Shown one piece after another: positions 15,137 through 17,375 of a stretch of 17,375 nucleotides of DNA (its first letter is position 1; every line of letters starts with the position of its first letter). Origin of the DNA: Chthoniobacteraceae bacterium (GTDB lineage Bacteria > Verrucomicrobiota > Verrucomicrobiia > Chthoniobacterales > Chthoniobacteraceae); contig JBBCKI010000033.1 of assembly GCA_037190965.1 (NCBI GenBank), forward strand, positions 1 to 17,375, read 5' to 3'. Under the pieces are notes generated by a model that searched no databases, had not been told where the DNA came from, and saw nothing but the letters and a program-made list of their open reading frames with translations. The translations under genes and the position numbers were made by a program.

Positions 15137-17089
15137 TTACTCTTCGCTGCTGTTGGCCAGCTTGGCGAGGATGCTGAGATCTTCGAGCGTCGTGGTGTCG
15201 CCGGTGACGTTGTTGCCGGAGGCGATGTCCTTGAGAAGACGGCGCATGATCTTGCCGGAGCGTGTTTTCGGCAGTGCTTCGGTAAAGCGGATTTCGTCCG
15301 GCTTCGCGATGGCGCCGATGGAATCGCCGACGTGCTTGCGGAGATCTTCGCGCAGGTTCTTGTCGCCTTTGAAGCCTTCCTTGAGGGTGACGAAGACGAC
15401 CACGGCCTGGCCCTTGAGATCGTCAGGGCGGCCCACGGCAGCGGCTTCCGCCACGGAAGGGTGGCTCACCAGGGCGCTCTCGATCTCCGAGGTGCCGAGG
15501 CGGTGCCCTGCGACGTTGAGCACGTCGTCGATGCGGCCGACGATCCAGAAATACCCGTCTTTGTCGCGGCGCGCCCCGTCACCCGCCGTGTAGACATTCG
15601 GGATCTGGCCCCAGTAGGTCTCTTTGTAGCGCTGCTCGTCACCGTAGATCGTCTTGAGCATGGAGGGCCACGGATGGCGGATCACCAGCTTGCCGCCGAC
15701 ATTGGGCGGGACTTCATTGCCCGCGTCGTCCACGATGGCGGCGTCGATGCCGAAGTAGGGGAGCGTGGCCGTGCCGGGCTTGGTGGGTACCGCACCGGGG
15801 AGCGGCGAAATCAGGATCGAGCCGGTTTCAGTCTGCCACCAGGTGTCGACAATCGGGCAGCGGCTGCCGCCGATGACGGTGTGATACCACATCCACGCTT
15901 CGGGGTTGATCGGTTCGCCCACGCTGCCGAGCAGACGCAGGGAGGAGAGGTCGTGCTTGTTGGGCCATTCATCGCCCCACTTGATGAAGGCGCGGATCGC
16001 GGTCGGGGCGGTATAGAGGATCGAGACGGCGTACTCCTCGATAATCCGCCAGAAACGGTCGTTCTCGGGCCAGTTGGGCGCGCCTTCGTACATGAGCGTC
16101 GTGGCTCCATTGGCCAGCGCGCCATAGACGACATAACTGTGCCCGGTGATCCAGCCGACGTCGGCGGTGCACCAGAAGATGTCTTCCTCGCGGAGGTCGA
16201 AGATGTTTTTGGTGGTGGAATGAACCCCCGTCAGGTAGCCGCCGGTGGTGTGGAGGATGCCCTTCGGCTTGCCGGTGGAGCCGCTGGTATAAAGGATGAA
16301 GAGCGGGTGGCTGGCTTCAACCTGCTCGGCGGGACATTTGGCGGTAACGTATTCCAACTCGCGGTGCCACCAGACGTCGCGGCCTTCCTCGATATGGATG
16401 TCGTTGTTGGCCCGGCGGAAAACGATGACGCGCTCGATGGTGTGGTCGCCTTTCTTGAGGGCTTCATCCACATTGCGCTTGAGCGGCACGATGGCCCCGC
16501 GGCGATAGCCGCCGTCAGCGGTGACGACGACCGTCGCGCCGGAGTCGGCGATGCGGTCGCGGATCGAGTCCGAGCTGAAGCCGCCGAAAACGACGGAGTG
16601 GACCGCGCCGATGCGGGCAGCCGCCAGCATGGCGACGGCGGCCTCGGGGATCATCGGCATGTAAATGAGCACGCGATCGCCCTTTTTGACGTTGTTGCGC
16701 TTGAGGACATTGGCAAACTGGCAGACTTCGCGGTGAAGCTGCTGGTAGGTGATGACCCGCTTGTCCCCGGGTTCCCCTTCGAAAATGATGGCGGCCTTGT
16801 TTCTGCGCGGTCCGTTGAGGTGCCGGTCAACGCAGTTCTCGGCGGCGTTGAGCTCTCCGCCGATGAACCATTCGGCATTGGGTTCCTCCCACTTGAGGGT
16901 CTGGGACCACGGCTTGCTCCACTGAAGCTCGCTGGCTTCGCCCGCCCAGAATTTCTGCGGGTCTTTCACCGATTCCTGCCATTTGGCCTGATACTCGGCC
17001 AAGCTCTTGATTCGAGCCCCCTGCGAAAATTCTGGCGACGGGGGGAAAACGCGGTTCTCGATAAGGTGGGACTCAATATTGTTGCTCAT
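15137..17089 (-). CDS. acs: Acetyl-CoA synthetase (acetate--CoA ligase)
   Basis: 650 aa. '[15 protein letters not shown]', '[13 protein letters not shown]', '[11 protein letters not shown]', 'DTWWQTETG', '[23 protein letters not shown]', '[12 protein letters not shown]'. Confidence 0.98.
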   Translation of the reverse strand: MSNNIESHLIENRVFPPSPEFSQGARIKSLAEYQAKWQESVKDPQKFWAGEASELQWSKPWSQTLKWEEPNAEWFIGGELNAAENCVDRHLNGPRRNKAAIIFEGEPGDKRVITYQQLHREVCQFANVLKRNNVKKGDRVLIYMPMIPEAAVAMLAAARIGAVHSVVFGGFSSDSIRDRIADSGATVVVTADGGYRRGAIVPLKRNVDEALKKGDHTIERVIVFRRANNDIHIEEGRDVWWHRELEYVTAKCPAEQVEASHPLFILYTSGSTGKPKGILHTTGGYLTGVHSTTKNIFDLREEDIFWCTADVGWITGHSYVVYGALANGATTLMYEGAPNWPENDRFWRIIEEYAVSILYTAPTAIRAFIKWGDEWPNKHDLSSLRLLGSVGEPINPEAWMWYHTVIGGSRCPIVDTWWQTETGSILISPLPGAVPTKPGTATLPYFGIDAAIVDDAGNEVPPNVGGKLVIRHPWPSMLKTIYGDEQRYKETYWGQIPNVYTAGDGARRDKDGYFWIVGRIDDVLNVAGHRLGTSEIESALVSHPSVAEAAAVGRPDDLKGQAVVVFVTLKEGFKGDKNLREDLRKHVGDSIGAIAKPDEIRFTEALPKTRSGKIMRRLLKDIASGNNVTGDTTTLEDLSILAKLANSSEE

Positions 17090-17123
17090 GGAGACTTCTT
17101 GGAGAGGTTAAAGACAATGCGCC

Positions 17124-17178
17124 GGGGGGGCTTGGAACGTGGGCAGCGGGATGGGGGGATGCGGGGGGATCGGGGGGG
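17124..17178 (+). repeat. Cluster of poly-G runs upstream of acs (G-quadruplex-capable)
   Basis: G7 (17124-30), G3, G3, G6 (17153-58), G6 (17163-68) and G7 (17172-78), the last five with 2-4 nt spacers. Confidence 0.6.
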
Positions 17179-17375
17179 AGAATGAAACTGCGATGGATAA
17201 TCTTGTCTCACTGATTAACAACGGATTTCCGATAGCTCAACCCCGAATTAACCGAAGATTGACGATTATTTCGGATACTTATTCCGGGAGGCTTTTGGAT
17301 TGAGGGCGAGCGCGAGGAGAACTCCAACAAGGGCAGGGGTGTACGAAATTATACACAAGCGGCGCGACCCGGTGG

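Noticed and set aside
15332..17185. 617-aa plus-strand ORF (and 14367..15593, 408 aa)
   Set aside because: Antisense shadows of acs and the isomerase gene, typical of GC-rich codon bias, with no recognisable motifs.

Overview
A GC-rich bacterial chromosomal segment. A Verrucomicrobiota-like origin is my inference from gene content and repeat style, not verified. It carries about 15 mostly housekeeping or envelope genes: AraC regulator, fused SpmA-SpmB membrane protein, C39-like peptidase, a FabF plus catalytically degenerate KS partner, yggS, LysR regulator, Amidase_3, YmdB-type phosphoesterase, orphan DNA methyltransferase, PhoB/PhoR-like pair, a small membrane protein, a sugar-phosphate isomerase/epimerase and acs. 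The unusual content is non-coding: five 150-166 bp fold-back palindromic elements (1-141, 3681-3853, 10031-10202, 12501-12660, 13829-13980). Two are diverged homologues with compensatory base changes and identical 166-bp spacing between TTAA-containing direct repeats. Three share an apical CTCAC-[stem-loop]-CYNCG core. One copy sits inside the 5' end of fabF: removing it restores a normal N-terminus, while its presence creates a 35-codon leader ORF that stops in the hairpin loop and a new ATG buried in the 3' arm. No transposase, CRISPR array, rRNA or tRNA was recognised.
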